This document shows positions 49,233 to 58,832 of a DNA stretch of 64,000 nucleotides, piece by piece. Origin of the DNA: an uncultured delta proteobacterium (GTDB lineage Bacteria > Desulfobacterota > Syntrophia > Syntrophales > UBA2192); NCBI GenBank assembly GCA_963705165.1, contig CAVPJD010000020.1, positions 1 through 64,000 on the forward strand. The letters run 5' to 3'. Numbering within the stretch: position 1 is the first letter of the stretch; each line of letters starts with the position of its first letter. The position numbers and the translations under genes were made by a program. The notes beneath the pieces were generated by a model. That model was not told the DNA's origin. It searched no databases and was given only the letters and a program-made list of their open reading frames with translations.

Positions 49233-50348
49233 ATGCGGCAGATCCTCATTGCAGCCATCGCGCTGATCTTCCTTGTCGGTGCAGCGCCAGCCTCCGCCGT
49301 CTCCGGGGCGGAGGCTGGCCTGGATGTGAAGGTCGGCCAGATGATCATGGTGGGATTTCGCGGGCTTTCAATAACCGACGGGCACCCCGTCGCCCGGGAT
49401 ATACGTCAGCGGAAGATCGGGGGGGTGATTCTCTTCGATTACGACGTCCCCACGCGCACTTACGGGCGCAACATCGAATCGCCAAGACAGATCAAGGCCC
49501 TCACGTCCTCCCTGCAGAGGCAGGCAGGCATCCCCCTTTTTATTGCCATCGACCAGGAGGGAGGCAAAATCAGCCGCCTCAAGGAAAAGAACGGCTTTCC
49601 CCCGACCCTTTCCCAGAAGCGACTCGAAACGCAGGGTGACCCGAAGAAAACAGCGAGGCAGGCGGAGCTCACCGCGAAGACCCTGGCAGGGCTTGGCATC
49701 AACCTCAACTTCGCCCCCGTCGTGGATCTCGACCTGAACCCGGAAAACCCCATCATCGGAAAGCTCGAGAGGAGCTTCTCCAGGGAGCCCGCTACGGTGA
49801 CCCGCCATGCACTGGCCGTCATCGACGCCCATCGGCGTTACGGCATCCTGACGGCGCCGAAGCACTTCCCGGGGCACGGGAGCGCCGCGGGGGACACCCA
49901 TGAGGGGTTCGTCGACGTGACGGGCCGGTGGTCGGCCGTGGAGCTCGAACCCTTCCAAAGCCTGATCCGGCAGGGCGAGGCCGACATGATCATGACGGCC
50001 CACATCTTCAACGGGAAACTGGACCCCGCCTGGCCGGCAACCCTTTCAGCCAGGACCCTGAATGGTCTTCTGCGACAGGAGATGGGATTTGAGGGCGTCG
50101 TGATCTCCGACGATCTTCAAATGAAGGCGATTACCGCGCGCTACGGCCTCGAGACCGTCATCCGGCAGGCGATCCTCGCCGGGGTCGACATCCTGCTGTT
50201 TGCCAACAATTCCGTCTACGAAGAGGACATCGCCGCCCGGGTCGCAGCGATGATTTGCACCCTCGTCGAGAAGGGCGAAATCCCCCGGGAGCGGATCGAC
50301 GAGTCCTTCCGGCGGATCATGAAGCTCAAGGATCGGCTCAAGAAATAA
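49233..50348 (+). CDS. Exported GH3 beta-N-acetylhexosaminidase (NagZ-like)
   Basis: IDQEGG, NFAPVVD, KHFPGHG..DTH, IMTAH, ISDDLQM. Confidence 0.9.
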   Translation: MRQILIAAIALIFLVGAAPASAVSGAEAGLDVKVGQMIMVGFRGLSITDGHPVARDIRQRKIGGVILFDYDVPTRTYGRNIESPRQIKALTSSLQRQAGIPLFIAIDQEGGKISRLKEKNGFPPTLSQKRLETQGDPKKTARQAELTAKTLAGLGINLNFAPVVDLDLNPENPIIGKLERSFSREPATVTRHALAVIDAHRRYGILTAPKHFPGHGSAAGDTHEGFVDVTGRWSAVELEPFQSLIRQGEADMIMTAHIFNGKLDPAWPATLSARTLNGLLRQEMGFEGVVISDDLQMKAITARYGLETVIRQAILAGVDILLFANNSVYEEDIAARVAAMICTLVEKGEIPRERIDESFRRIMKLKDRLKK

Positions 50349-50513
50349 CGAACCGCACCGCAGATCAATTCCCCCCCCTTGCGGAAAATTGGGGCGTTTT
50401 TTACTTGATCCGCAAAGGCCTGTCAATTAAGTTGAGCCATGCGGCCCGGCCCTTGCAGCGGGACGTCCATTATTTGCTCTCGCAGGTAATTTTATCAAGG
50501 GCGGTGTCTTTTC

Positions 50514-52016
50514 ATGAAAAAAACCCCGGCTGTCCTCACTGCAATCCTGTTCCTCTTCGCCTCCTCGTTCTTCAGTTACGCAGCTGCCGAAACGGTCGAC
50601 CTGACGATCCTTCACATCAACGACTTCCACGGCAACCTTCTTCCCAAGCCCGGCAAGGACGGCAAACCGGCAACGGGGGGCATGGCCTACATCGCGAAGA
50701 TGGTCACGGATGAGCGGGAAAAGAACCCGGAAGGGACGCTCCTGCTTTCCGCAGGGGACATGTTCCAGGGGACGCCGATCTCGAATCTGTTCCGGGGCAA
50801 GCCCGTCATCGAGACCATGAACCGGATGCGGTTCGACGCCATGGCCCTGGGCAACCACGAGTTCGACTGGGGGATGGAGGCCTTTAGCGAATTGAGAACC
50901 TCGGCGGCCTTTCCTTTCCTGTCGGCCAACATCGTCGACGAAAAAGGGGCGCTCCTGCCGGGGGTCAAGCCCTACGTCATCGTCCAGAGAAAGGGCCTGA
51001 AGGTGGCCGTCATCGGCATTACTACGCCCGAGACGCACTACGCCACCAAGCCAGGAAATCTCAAAGGTTACCGGGTGATCGCCGTCGAGAAAGCTCTCCC
51101 GGCGTTCATTGAAAAAGTAAAAAAGGAAGGGGCCGGCCCCGTCGTCGTCCTGTCACACATGGGTCTCGATGAAGACAAGGAGATGGCCTCGCGGGTCAGC
51201 GGAATCGACCTGATCGTGGGCGGTCACAGCCACACGGAGGTAAAAACACCGGTAGTTGTCGGCTCCACGATCATCGTCCAGGCAGGCTACTACGGCCAGC
51301 AGCTGGGGGTCATGAAGATCACCGCGGATACCGACACAAAAAAGATCACCCGGTACAGCGAGCGCAGGATTCTCCGAAAGGTCAAAGCGGGCCCCAATGA
51401 CGCCTATGACGAAGCCGTAGCCGGGATCATCAAAAAGTACGACGACCAGATCCGCGGGGAATTCGGCCGCGTCGTGGGGGAGACCCGTGTCGATCTCGCA
51501 AAGCGTCCCTTCGAGTCCAATCTCGGAAACCTCGTCTGCGATACGATGCGTGAGTCGGCGGGGGCAGAAGTGGCCATCCAGAACAACGGGGGGATCCGCA
51601 CGACCATTCCAAAAGGGAAGATCACCCTGGAGCAGGCCTACATGCTGCTGCCCTTCGACAACAACCTCATGACCATGGATCTCACGGGGGCACAGATCAT
51701 CGACATCCTGGAGCAAAACGCGAAAACGGAGGGCATGCTGCAGGTCTCGGGGCTGAAGGTGATTTACGACATGGCGGCGGCGGAAGGCTCCCGGGTGAAA
51801 GAACTGACTATCGGAGGCAAACCGGCGGTTCGATCGCGCAGCTACCGGGTGACCACCAACGACTTTCTCGCCGCGGGCGGTGACCGTTTCGGTATGTTCC
51901 GGGACGGGAAAAATGCCGTCATCGGCGACAACGTGAGGGATGCCTTTCTGGATTATCTCAAGAAACACTCCCCTGTTTACCCCCGGACGGAGGGAAGGAT
52001 TGTGGTGACGCCATGA
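50514..52016 (+). CDS. Periplasmic 5'-nucleotidase / UDP-sugar hydrolase family protein
   Basis: HINDFHG, AGD..QG, GNHEFD, LSAN, LSH.G, GGHSH, NGGIR, PFDN. Confidence 0.93.
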   Translation: MKKTPAVLTAILFLFASSFFSYAAAETVDLTILHINDFHGNLLPKPGKDGKPATGGMAYIAKMVTDEREKNPEGTLLLSAGDMFQGTPISNLFRGKPVIETMNRMRFDAMALGNHEFDWGMEAFSELRTSAAFPFLSANIVDEKGALLPGVKPYVIVQRKGLKVAVIGITTPETHYATKPGNLKGYRVIAVEKALPAFIEKVKKEGAGPVVVLSHMGLDEDKEMASRVSGIDLIVGGHSHTEVKTPVVVGSTIIVQAGYYGQQLGVMKITADTDTKKITRYSERRILRKVKAGPNDAYDEAVAGIIKKYDDQIRGEFGRVVGETRVDLAKRPFESNLGNLVCDTMRESAGAEVAIQNNGGIRTTIPKGKITLEQAYMLLPFDNNLMTMDLTGAQIIDILEQNAKTEGMLQVSGLKVIYDMAAAEGSRVKELTIGGKPAVRSRSYRVTTNDFLAAGGDRFGMFRDGKNAVIGDNVRDAFLDYLKKHSPVYPRTEGRIVVTP

Positions 52017-52231
52017 GTGATGACAAGATAACCGTAACCGTGAACGGGCAGCAGGTGCTCCTTCACCGGGGCCTGAAGGTGAAACACGCCCTCATCGCCT
52101 GCGACCAGTCCCTCTATGACGCCGCTGAGGCAGGCGATCTGGCCGTGCGCGACGCCAGCGGGTTCAATGTGGGCCTCGAAGGGAGCCTGCGCGACGGGGC
52201 AAAGATATTTACCGGCAAGCCCGACGAGTGA
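52013..52231 (+). CDS. Small hypothetical protein, possible beta-grasp fold
   Basis: ATGA overlap with the nucleotidase; ITVTVNGQQV..G.KVKHAL..GSLRDGAKI. Confidence 0.65.
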   Translation: MSDDKITVTVNGQQVLLHRGLKVKHALIACDQSLYDAAEAGDLAVRDASGFNVGLEGSLRDGAKIFTGKPDE

Positions 52232-52232
52232 T

Positions 52233-52371
52233 GGGCTGGTGACCGGGGGCGCATCCGGCCAACCAGAGAAGGTAAGAAGGTGAGAGGGTAAGAAAGTTGG
52301 AAGAGCCGGTGGCCAAATTCCTGCCCCCCGCTTCTCCAACCTTCTCACCTTCAGACCCTCTTACCCTCTGC
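52233..52371 (+). repeat. Family B element, full copy 2
   Basis: gggctggtgaccggggg leader plus arms nearly identical to 11064-11197. Confidence 0.9.
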
Positions 52372-52403
52372 ATTATAAGGCGCCTTGCTTACCGAGCGGA
52401 CGG

Positions 52404-53417
52404 GTGTCGATGAATAACCGGTTTGACGTGATCATCATCGGGGCGGGGCCGGCGGGGATCGCCTGCGCACAGGCCCTAGCGGGCTCGAGCCTGAGCGTTC
52501 TCCTCGTCGAAAAAAATGAGACCGTCGGACCGAAGATCTGTGCCGGCGGCCTGACCCGCATGGCCTTTGACTTCGGCATCCCGGAAGATCAGGCGCGCAC
52601 GTTCCACATCCACTCCGTGCACATCGATGGGCGGCCGCCCTGCCGCATCGTCCTGACCAACCCCCTGAAAATGGTGGACAGGACCTCCCTGGGCCGGTAC
52701 CACCTGTCTAAAGTCGAAAACGCCGGCAACATCGAACTGCTCACCGGGGCAAGGCTTGCGTCCGTGGATCGGGGCTCCATCGTAACGACGAAAGGGGCTT
52801 TCCGCTGCCGGCATCTCGTTGCGGCCGACGGGTCCCTCTCCCTTGTTCGAAAACACCTCGGGCTGCCCTCCAAATTCGGCGTCGGTCTCTACTACGAGGT
52901 GCCTCGGATTTCCGACGAAGTCCTGTTTCACTTCAAGCCCGGGATCGTCCGCTCGGGCTATCTCTGGGTCTTTCCCCACCGGACACACACCAATATCGGG
53001 ATCTGTTTCAATCCCGACACGTTCACGGCCGGCCTGGCGAAAATCATTCTGCAGCAGTATATGCGGGAAAAGGGATTCCAGCGGGAGGGCGCACGACTGA
53101 AGGGGGGCCTGATCAACCATCTCTATTGCGGTTTCCATGTCGGAAATATCTTCCTGGCCGGGGATGCGGCAGGGCTAGCCTCCAGGCCCTCGGGAGAGGG
53201 CATCCACTTTGCGCTCGTGAGCGGCCGCGAGATCGGCCGCAAGATCCTCGACCCGCGGTACGACATGAAAGAATTCCGCGCGCTACTTTCCCTGAAGCGC
53301 AGGCAGGAGGGTTATTCGCGGCTCTTCGAGAGCGTGCCCCCGCTGCAGAAGCTATTCCTGGCAGGCTACTTCACGCTGATGAGGAGGCCGTGGATGCAGG
53401 CCCACATGGGCTATTGA
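52404..53417 (+). CDS. Geranylgeranyl reductase-family flavoprotein
   Basis: DVIIIGAGPAG, KICAGGL, AADG..S, GYLWVFP, LAGDAAG..GEGI..A. Confidence 0.88.
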   Translation: MSMNNRFDVIIIGAGPAGIACAQALAGSSLSVLLVEKNETVGPKICAGGLTRMAFDFGIPEDQARTFHIHSVHIDGRPPCRIVLTNPLKMVDRTSLGRYHLSKVENAGNIELLTGARLASVDRGSIVTTKGAFRCRHLVAADGSLSLVRKHLGLPSKFGVGLYYEVPRISDEVLFHFKPGIVRSGYLWVFPHRTHTNIGICFNPDTFTAGLAKIILQQYMREKGFQREGARLKGGLINHLYCGFHVGNIFLAGDAAGLASRPSGEGIHFALVSGREIGRKILDPRYDMKEFRALLSLKRRQEGYSRLFESVPPLQKLFLAGYFTLMRRPWMQAHMGY

Positions 53418-53420
53418 CGA

Positions 53421-53473
53421 CCCATACCTTAATCTTCCTCTCCCCTCCGGGGGAGAGGATAAGAGGTGAGGGG
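53421..53473. repeat. REP-like palindrome
   Basis: cctctcccc-tccg-ggggagagg core followed by ataagaggtgagggg. Confidence 0.6.
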
Positions 53474-53530
53474 GACTACTCCCCTTCCGCTTATACCCTC
53501 ACAGCGGCAGTGACCGGTGAAAGAAAAAGA

Positions 53531-53559
53531 AGGGACGAGGGACCAGGGGATGGGGACGA
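53531..53559 (+). repeat. Heptamer GGGN4 tract, 4 G-runs
   Basis: agggacg agggacc aggggat ggggacg a. Confidence 0.65.
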
Positions 53560-53620
53560 GTAAAGAAGTGGCCGGTGATCGGTAACCGGTGAAGAAGAAA
53601 AAATTCATGCAGGGACCGAC

Positions 53621-54370
53621 ATGACAGAATCGCCGGAAAGCAAAGTTCGCTACACTCCCGGTAACCTGGGCGATCTGCTCAAGCATGGCTGGCTCGTGGA
53701 GATCGTACGGTTTCTCCACCGGCACAGGGGCGCGGAGCCCCTTCACTATGCCGACACCTTCTGCGGCTTCGCGGAATATGACGTCGGCGATGAGGTGGCA
53801 CAGCGCATCCGCGACCGGTTCCATGTCATGTCATTCCGGAGGCTGCAGGAACCCTTCCTCGACCGCGGGAAATACGCCGGGAGCGTCACCCTCGCGAGAC
53901 TTGCCGCGGAGGGAAATCTCAGGGCCTCCATCTTCGACAGCAACCCGGAAGCCCTGGCAAGCTTTCCCTCCGGTGAGACGGAGATTCTGGAAATCCGCTC
54001 GGGCTGTGATATACTGAATTCAGCAGACCCCTACGACCTGATCTTCCTCGACCCCTACGACGACATCTGGGATGTCTGGGAAACCGTTTTGGCAAAGAGT
54101 GCGGCCCGGCACCGCCTCTCGTCGATCCTGATCTTCCTTCCCTTCAAGACGGAGGCGCAGGGCGATCTCCTGACAGCGGCCGTCGACCGGCTCGGCATCA
54201 ACTGCCAAAGGGGATTCGTAAAAAACCCGGGCTGTCCCCTCGACGGGACCTGTCACTTTGCTGCGATCTTCATCCCGGGGTCTTCGCTGAACATCGGTGC
54301 AGTGCTTGGCCTGTTCGGTGAGCTCAATATCGTCACGGCCCGTGTCAACGCCCTGGCCTCCGATCCCTGA
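53621..54370 (+). CDS. Divergent RlmJ-like adenine-N6 methyltransferase-fold protein
   Basis: GNLGDLLKH, YADTFCG, YAGS, LIFLDPY parallel the RlmJ motifs HAGN.ADVLKH, Y.DTHAG, YPGS, DPPY. Confidence 0.6.
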   Translation: MTESPESKVRYTPGNLGDLLKHGWLVEIVRFLHRHRGAEPLHYADTFCGFAEYDVGDEVAQRIRDRFHVMSFRRLQEPFLDRGKYAGSVTLARLAAEGNLRASIFDSNPEALASFPSGETEILEIRSGCDILNSADPYDLIFLDPYDDIWDVWETVLAKSAARHRLSSILIFLPFKTEAQGDLLTAAVDRLGINCQRGFVKNPGCPLDGTCHFAAIFIPGSSLNIGAVLGLFGELNIVTARVNALASDP

Positions 54371-54440
54371 CCGGGGCACGGTACCTGCAAAGACGTCAGT
54401 AGATGCCCGCCATTGCGCGGGTGTTGACCCGGAGGAACGG

Positions 54441-55796
54441 ATGAAGGAATACGAGGTCATCATCGTCGGCGGCGGCCCCGCCGGTATCTTTGCGGCCTTA
54501 ACGCTGGCCGGGGGCGGAGCCAAAGACGTCCTGCTGCTCGAGCAGGGCAAGGGCATCGGGGAGCGAAGCCGACAGTGCGCAGGCGACATGCTTTGCGGCT
54601 GGGGCGGCGCCGGGGCCTACAGTGACGGCAAGCTGACCCTCTCCACGGAGGTGGGCGGACACCTGGGGGAATTCCTCGACGACAAGTCCCTCTACGAACT
54701 GCTCCTGGAAGCCGACAGGACCTACGTGGAGCACGGTGCGCCGGATCGGCTCTTCGGTGACACCTCCCCGGCAGTCGAGGAGTTGGGCGAGAAGGCGCGC
54801 CTTGCGGGCCTGGAGTTCATCCCGTCGCGGATCCGCCACATCGGCACGGAGAATTGTCTCGATGTGCTGGGCCGGATGTACGAATCGCTCGCCGGGAAGA
54901 TCGAGATCTGCGCGGACTGCCGGGTCCAGTCGCTGCTGGCCCAGGAAGGGAAGATCATCGGGGTGAAGCTCGCCGACGGCGAGACCCGCTACGGACGTCA
55001 CGTGATCGTAGCGCCGGGCCGCTCGGGCGCCTCCTGGATGAAGGTCGAGGCAAAGAACCTCGGGCTCCGGACACAGTCGAGCGCCGTCGACATCGGCGTC
55101 CGTGTCGAACTGCCCGCGACGGTCCTCAAGCCGCTCACCGACGTGAGCTACGAGTCCAAGCTCGTTTACTACTCGAAGAGCTTCGACGACCGCGTCCGGA
55201 CCTTTTGCATGAATCCCTTCGGCGAGGTGGTGGCGGAGAGCAACGACGGGCTCGTCACCGTGAACGGCCACAGCTACGCATCGAAGAAATCCGACAACAC
55301 CAATTTCGCGATCCTGGTGAGCAGCTCCTTCACGGAGCCTTTCGACGACCCCATCGCTTATGGACGCTACATCGCGCAGCTCGCAAATCTCCTGGGCCAG
55401 GGGGTCATCGTCCAGCGGCTCGGCGATCTTCTGCAGGGGCGGCGCTCCACAAAAGAGCGCATCGCCAAGTGCCTCACCCGGCCCACTCTCGCCGACGCCA
55501 CCCCGGGGGACCTGAGCTTCGTCTTCCCCTACCGGCACCTCAAGAACATCATCGAGATGCTCCAGGTCATGGACACCCTGGCGCCGGGTGTCAACTCCCG
55601 CCACACCCTGCTCTACGGCGTGGAGGTCAAGTTCTACTCGAACCGCATCGAGGTGTCGAACGAGCTCGAGACGAAAATTGCAAACCTCTTCGCCATAGGC
55701 GACGGGGCCGGGATCACCCGCGGGCTCCTCCAGTCCTCGGCAAGCGGGATCCTCGCCGCAAGGGCAATTGCGGATCGCCTCGGCCACAGTTCATAA
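54441..55796 (+). CDS. FAD-dependent oxidoreductase (COG2509-like)
   Basis: IVGGGPAG, GWGGAGAYSDGKL, RHIGT, DIGVRVE, RTFCMNP, VNGHS, GDGAG. Confidence 0.88.
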   Translation: MKEYEVIIVGGGPAGIFAALTLAGGGAKDVLLLEQGKGIGERSRQCAGDMLCGWGGAGAYSDGKLTLSTEVGGHLGEFLDDKSLYELLLEADRTYVEHGAPDRLFGDTSPAVEELGEKARLAGLEFIPSRIRHIGTENCLDVLGRMYESLAGKIEICADCRVQSLLAQEGKIIGVKLADGETRYGRHVIVAPGRSGASWMKVEAKNLGLRTQSSAVDIGVRVELPATVLKPLTDVSYESKLVYYSKSFDDRVRTFCMNPFGEVVAESNDGLVTVNGHSYASKKSDNTNFAILVSSSFTEPFDDPIAYGRYIAQLANLLGQGVIVQRLGDLLQGRRSTKERIAKCLTRPTLADATPGDLSFVFPYRHLKNIIEMLQVMDTLAPGVNSRHTLLYGVEVKFYSNRIEVSNELETKIANLFAIGDGAGITRGLLQSSASGILAARAIADRLGHSS

Positions 55797-55856
55797 CACG
55801 GGGAGCGACAGGCAATCTTTAACGGTTCCCCATCAGGCCGATCGGGGAGGGTCATC

Positions 55857-56168
55857 GTGCTGCTGAAAACGTTGGGCATCCTTCTTGCGGTTTCGGCCCT
55901 CGGAAGCCTCTATCTGGTCTACCTGGCCCTCAAGTCGGGCGATGTCAACGGTGCATTGCTCTTCTTCGGCTTCGTCCTGCTTCTCGGTCTTCCCGCTTTC
56001 GCCTGCCTCCGGCGATGGAATACGGGTTGCGCAATCGACGCCGAAGTGGAAAATGCCGAGCCGTCGGTCCCGGTCCGGTTTGTCCCGCACCGGTTCATGA
56101 TGGCCGCACTGATCCTCACAGCCCTGGCCGTCCTGGCGGCCCTCGTGATTCCCCTCGTTTTACGCTAG
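55857..56168 (+). CDS. Hypothetical membrane protein (3 TM)
   Basis: GGGAGG RBS, three hydrophobic segments. Confidence 0.65.
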   Translation: MLLKTLGILLAVSALGSLYLVYLALKSGDVNGALLFFGFVLLLGLPAFACLRRWNTGCAIDAEVENAEPSVPVRFVPHRFMMAALILTALAVLAALVIPLVLR

Positions 56169-56334
56169 GCAGCCCTGTTCGACCACAGATCGGCACCGGG
56201 CCCACCGAAGATGGTCCTTGACGACCCCGATGCCGCTTCCGTTCAGTTTTTTTCTTTCTTTTCAACGGCGTCTTCGGTATGCTTTTCAACAATTGCTGCA
56301 AAGGACGAACAACATCATCCGAGGAGGGGGGAAG

Positions 56335-56802
56335 ATGAAAAAAATCGGGTTGGCGCTTGGGTTGGTTGTGGCATTTTGCCTGGTAATCTCATCGGCTCAC
56401 GCGGCAGGTCCGGACGACCTCGTCGGGAAATGGCTGAACGGCAAACAGACGGCCCACGTGGAGATCTACAAGGCCGAAGGGAAGTACTTCGGGAAGATCA
56501 TCTGGCTGAAGGAGCCCGTTTACCCCGCCGATGACAAGAAAGGCATGGCGGGAAAGCAGAAGGTGGACCGTGAAAACTCGGATGCTGCGAAGCGCAATCA
56601 GCCCGTCCTGGGCCTGGCCATCCTCCGGGATTTCGTTTTCGTGAAGGACGGCCTCTGGGAAAACGGGATGATCTATGACCCGGAAAACGGCAAGGACTAC
56701 AAGTGCAAGATGACCCTGGAATCACCGGACGTGCTCAATGTCCGCGGGTTTATCGGCATCTCCCTTCTCGGGCGGACGGATACGTGGACAAGGGTCAAAT
56801 AA
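56335..56802 (+). CDS. DUF2147-family exported protein
   Basis: Signal peptide; VGKW, YFGKIIWL, IYDPENGKDY, LNVRGFIG..LLGRT..W. Confidence 0.88.
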   Translation: MKKIGLALGLVVAFCLVISSAHAAGPDDLVGKWLNGKQTAHVEIYKAEGKYFGKIIWLKEPVYPADDKKGMAGKQKVDRENSDAAKRNQPVLGLAILRDFVFVKDGLWENGMIYDPENGKDYKCKMTLESPDVLNVRGFIGISLLGRTDTWTRVK

Positions 56803-56806
56803 AACA

Positions 56807-56837
56807 GGGTATCGGGTTAAGGGGACAGGGTCCCGGG
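56807..56837 (+). repeat. Heptamer GGGN4 tract, 5 G-runs
   Basis: gggtatc gggttaa ggggaca gggtccc ggg, 4 nt after stop 56802. Confidence 0.85.
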
Positions 56838-56855
56838 AAAGAATAAAGACAAAAG

Positions 56856-56906
56856 AAAATTCCCCTTACATCCCCCTTTCATAAAGGGGGAAAAGAGGGG
56901 GATTTT
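56856..56906. repeat. REP-like nested palindrome, sibling of 33826-33876
   Basis: aaaattccccttacatccccctttc ataaagggggaaaagagggggatttt. Confidence 0.8.
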
Positions 56907-57193
56907 TTTGCCTGTACTCTAAATTCTCGCGAGGTGTGCGCGCCGATTATTCTTCATCAGGCTGGTCGGAAGTGTTGCAGATGTCATCGTTTCCGGTCTG
57001 CTTTCCTTCGCAGTCAGCATGGAAAACCCTTAATTCACTTTTCAAATGGTCATCGATTAGCCATCCTTGCCCTTTCGATAATGAATATCCCCGTTTTGGC
57101 ACGCGCCGGACAATGGCGACACCGCCCGGCAGGCGGCCATCAACTGTTTAGCTGTCTGATATCAATAGTGTTTTTCATGACGATCTCGTGTTC

Positions 57194-57209
57194 TGGCACG
57201 CTAGCTGCA
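57194..57209 (+). promoter_or_regulatory. Sigma54 (-24/-12) promoter
   Basis: TGGCACG-CTAG-CTGCA with GG (57195) and GC (57207) 12 nt apart; IHF-like tatcaatagtgtt upstream. Confidence 0.7.
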
Positions 57210-57245
57210 AATGGGAATCGCGACGAAAACAAAGGGGACCATGTC

Positions 57246-57467
57246 ATGAAACAGCTCACAGGCAGCAAAGATTTTGGATTGGACGAGTGTGTCGTTGCGA
57301 TATTCCTTATCTGCATTGTTCTTACCGGAATGGTTATGAATATCTGTGTGAGCATGGCGGATTTCATGAGGAGTTGGAAACTACGAGCGACAGGCCGAGC
57401 CGATGACGGCAGATGGGCTATGATTGCTCAACAGGAACCATTTCCGACACGAGCGTCTCGGGACTGA
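57246..57467 (+). CDS. Small single-TM hypothetical protein (73 aa)
   Basis: AAAGGGGA RBS, hydrophobic VVAIFLICIVLTGMVMNICV, flanked by a sigma54 promoter and a terminator. Confidence 0.55.
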   Translation: MKQLTGSKDFGLDECVVAIFLICIVLTGMVMNICVSMADFMRSWKLRATGRADDGRWAMIAQQEPFPTRASRD

Positions 57468-57529
57468 ATTACACGATCAAGGTCACCTTCAGGGTCAACA
57501 CCGCAGGACAGGTTCTATTCCATTAAGTA

Positions 57530-57570
57530 AAAAGGATCGGGAGCGCCCTGCTCACCGATCCTTTTCTTCT
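57530..57570 (+). terminator. Intrinsic terminator
   Basis: aaaaggatcgg gagc gccct gctc accgatcctttt cttct. Confidence 0.7.
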
Positions 57571-57679
57571 TTTTTAATCCCGATACCGAAGACTGAATCC
57601 CGAATCCCCGCGCGGTATGCGTGCCGGTTCTTCTTCAGGCTGGTCAAAAAGGGCCAGATGCTAGGCGTCCGACGTGCTC

Positions 57680-57705
57680 AGGGTTCAGGGGGACAGGGTA
57701 GAGGG
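57680..57705 (+). repeat. Heptamer GGGN4 tract, 4 G-runs
   Basis: agggttc agggggac agggtag aggg; a C-rich counterpart cccgataccgaagactgaatcccgaatcccc lies at 57589-57609. Confidence 0.6.
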
Positions 57706-57820
57706 AAAAGCTCAGGACAAAAAACAAAACAGGAACAACACTTGAAAACCCCCTTTTATCCTTCAAAAAGGAAGATTGGGGGTTTCTTAATTCACGCAAC
57801 CCGCGCCCCTGCGCGAAGCG

Positions 57821-58471
57821 CTAGTCCGAGACGACTTCGGGCCGCATCGACACGATCGCCGTCCTGCCTTCCTTTGGCTCGCTGCCATACTGCTTGTACA
57901 GGGCCATGACGCGCTTCACGTACCCTTTCGTTTCAGCGTAGGGCGGGATGCCGCCGTATTTGGCCACGGCCTTCTCGCCGGCATTGTAGGCCGCAAGGGC
58001 CAACGGCAGGTGGCCGTTGTAGACGTTCATGAGATAGCGCAGGTACTTGACGCCGCCCTCGATGTTGGACTCGGGCTCGAAGCTGTCCTTCACCTGCAGG
58101 GTCGAGGCGGTCTTCGGCATGAGCTGCATGAGGCCCTGGGCGCCCTTGGGCGAGACGGCCTTGTGATTGAAGTTGGACTCGGCCTTGATGACGGCCTTGA
58201 CGAGGGAGTAATCGACCTTGTACTTGTCCGAGGCCTTCTGGATCAAGGGCCCGTATTTCGTCATGTCGATGCCGGCCTTGATGATCACCCGCCGCTCCTT
58301 GATCCAGAGCTTGTAATCGGGGCTGGTGGGCAGGTTGGTGATGTGCATGACCCCGTTCTCGTCCGTGTAGCGGTAGATGTCGGCATGGGCCGGCACAGCC
58401 GGAAACAGGACGCCAAGCGTCAACATCCCGAGCAACAGGGCAACCAAAAGGGGTCTTGCAAAGGGGTTCAT
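57821..58471 (-). CDS. Lytic transglycosylase (SLT domain) with N-terminal DUF4124-like segment
   Basis: ADIYRYTDENGVMH; AVIKAESNF, SPKGAQGLMQLMP, NIEGG, AAYNAG, IPPYAET. Confidence 0.92.
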   Translation of the reverse strand: MNPFARPLLVALLLGMLTLGVLFPAVPAHADIYRYTDENGVMHITNLPTSPDYKLWIKERRVIIKAGIDMTKYGPLIQKASDKYKVDYSLVKAVIKAESNFNHKAVSPKGAQGLMQLMPKTASTLQVKDSFEPESNIEGGVKYLRYLMNVYNGHLPLALAAYNAGEKAVAKYGGIPPYAETKGYVKRVMALYKQYGSEPKEGRTAIVSMRPEVVSD

Positions 58472-58832
58472 GTAGGGCACCGACGGAGAAACGAATTGCA
58501 CACAGGTGATTCTTCTATCAAAATTATGGGTTTGGAGAAAGTGGAATCTTTCCCGGCCCTTCACGCCTTAAATGAGATTCAAGAACCATACCACCTCTAT
58601 TGCCTATCGGCATCGCTGGCCATAACCTGAGCCTCAGCCGCGGGATCCGATGGACCGTCCAGGGGTCACCTGGAGAAATATTGGCCCTTCTTGCCGGGCA
58701 GGCTGCCCCTGTCTTGACGGTTGTCGAAAAAATCCCTAACGATATTGAACAAGTTACCGATAATTAACTTCAGGGGCCGGTCGCTGTCCTTTGGAAAGCA
58801 GCCCGTCAACAGGCGACCCAAAAGGAGCGGAG

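Noticed and set aside
57093..57112. Second TGGCACG suggesting another sigma54 promoter
   Set aside because: No GC at the -12 position (reads GGAC); could at most be an activator site
57636..57680. caggctggtcaaaaagggccagatgctaggcg, reminiscent of a deltaproteobacterial intergenic repeat end
   Set aside because: Only one copy here; cannot be supported without a search
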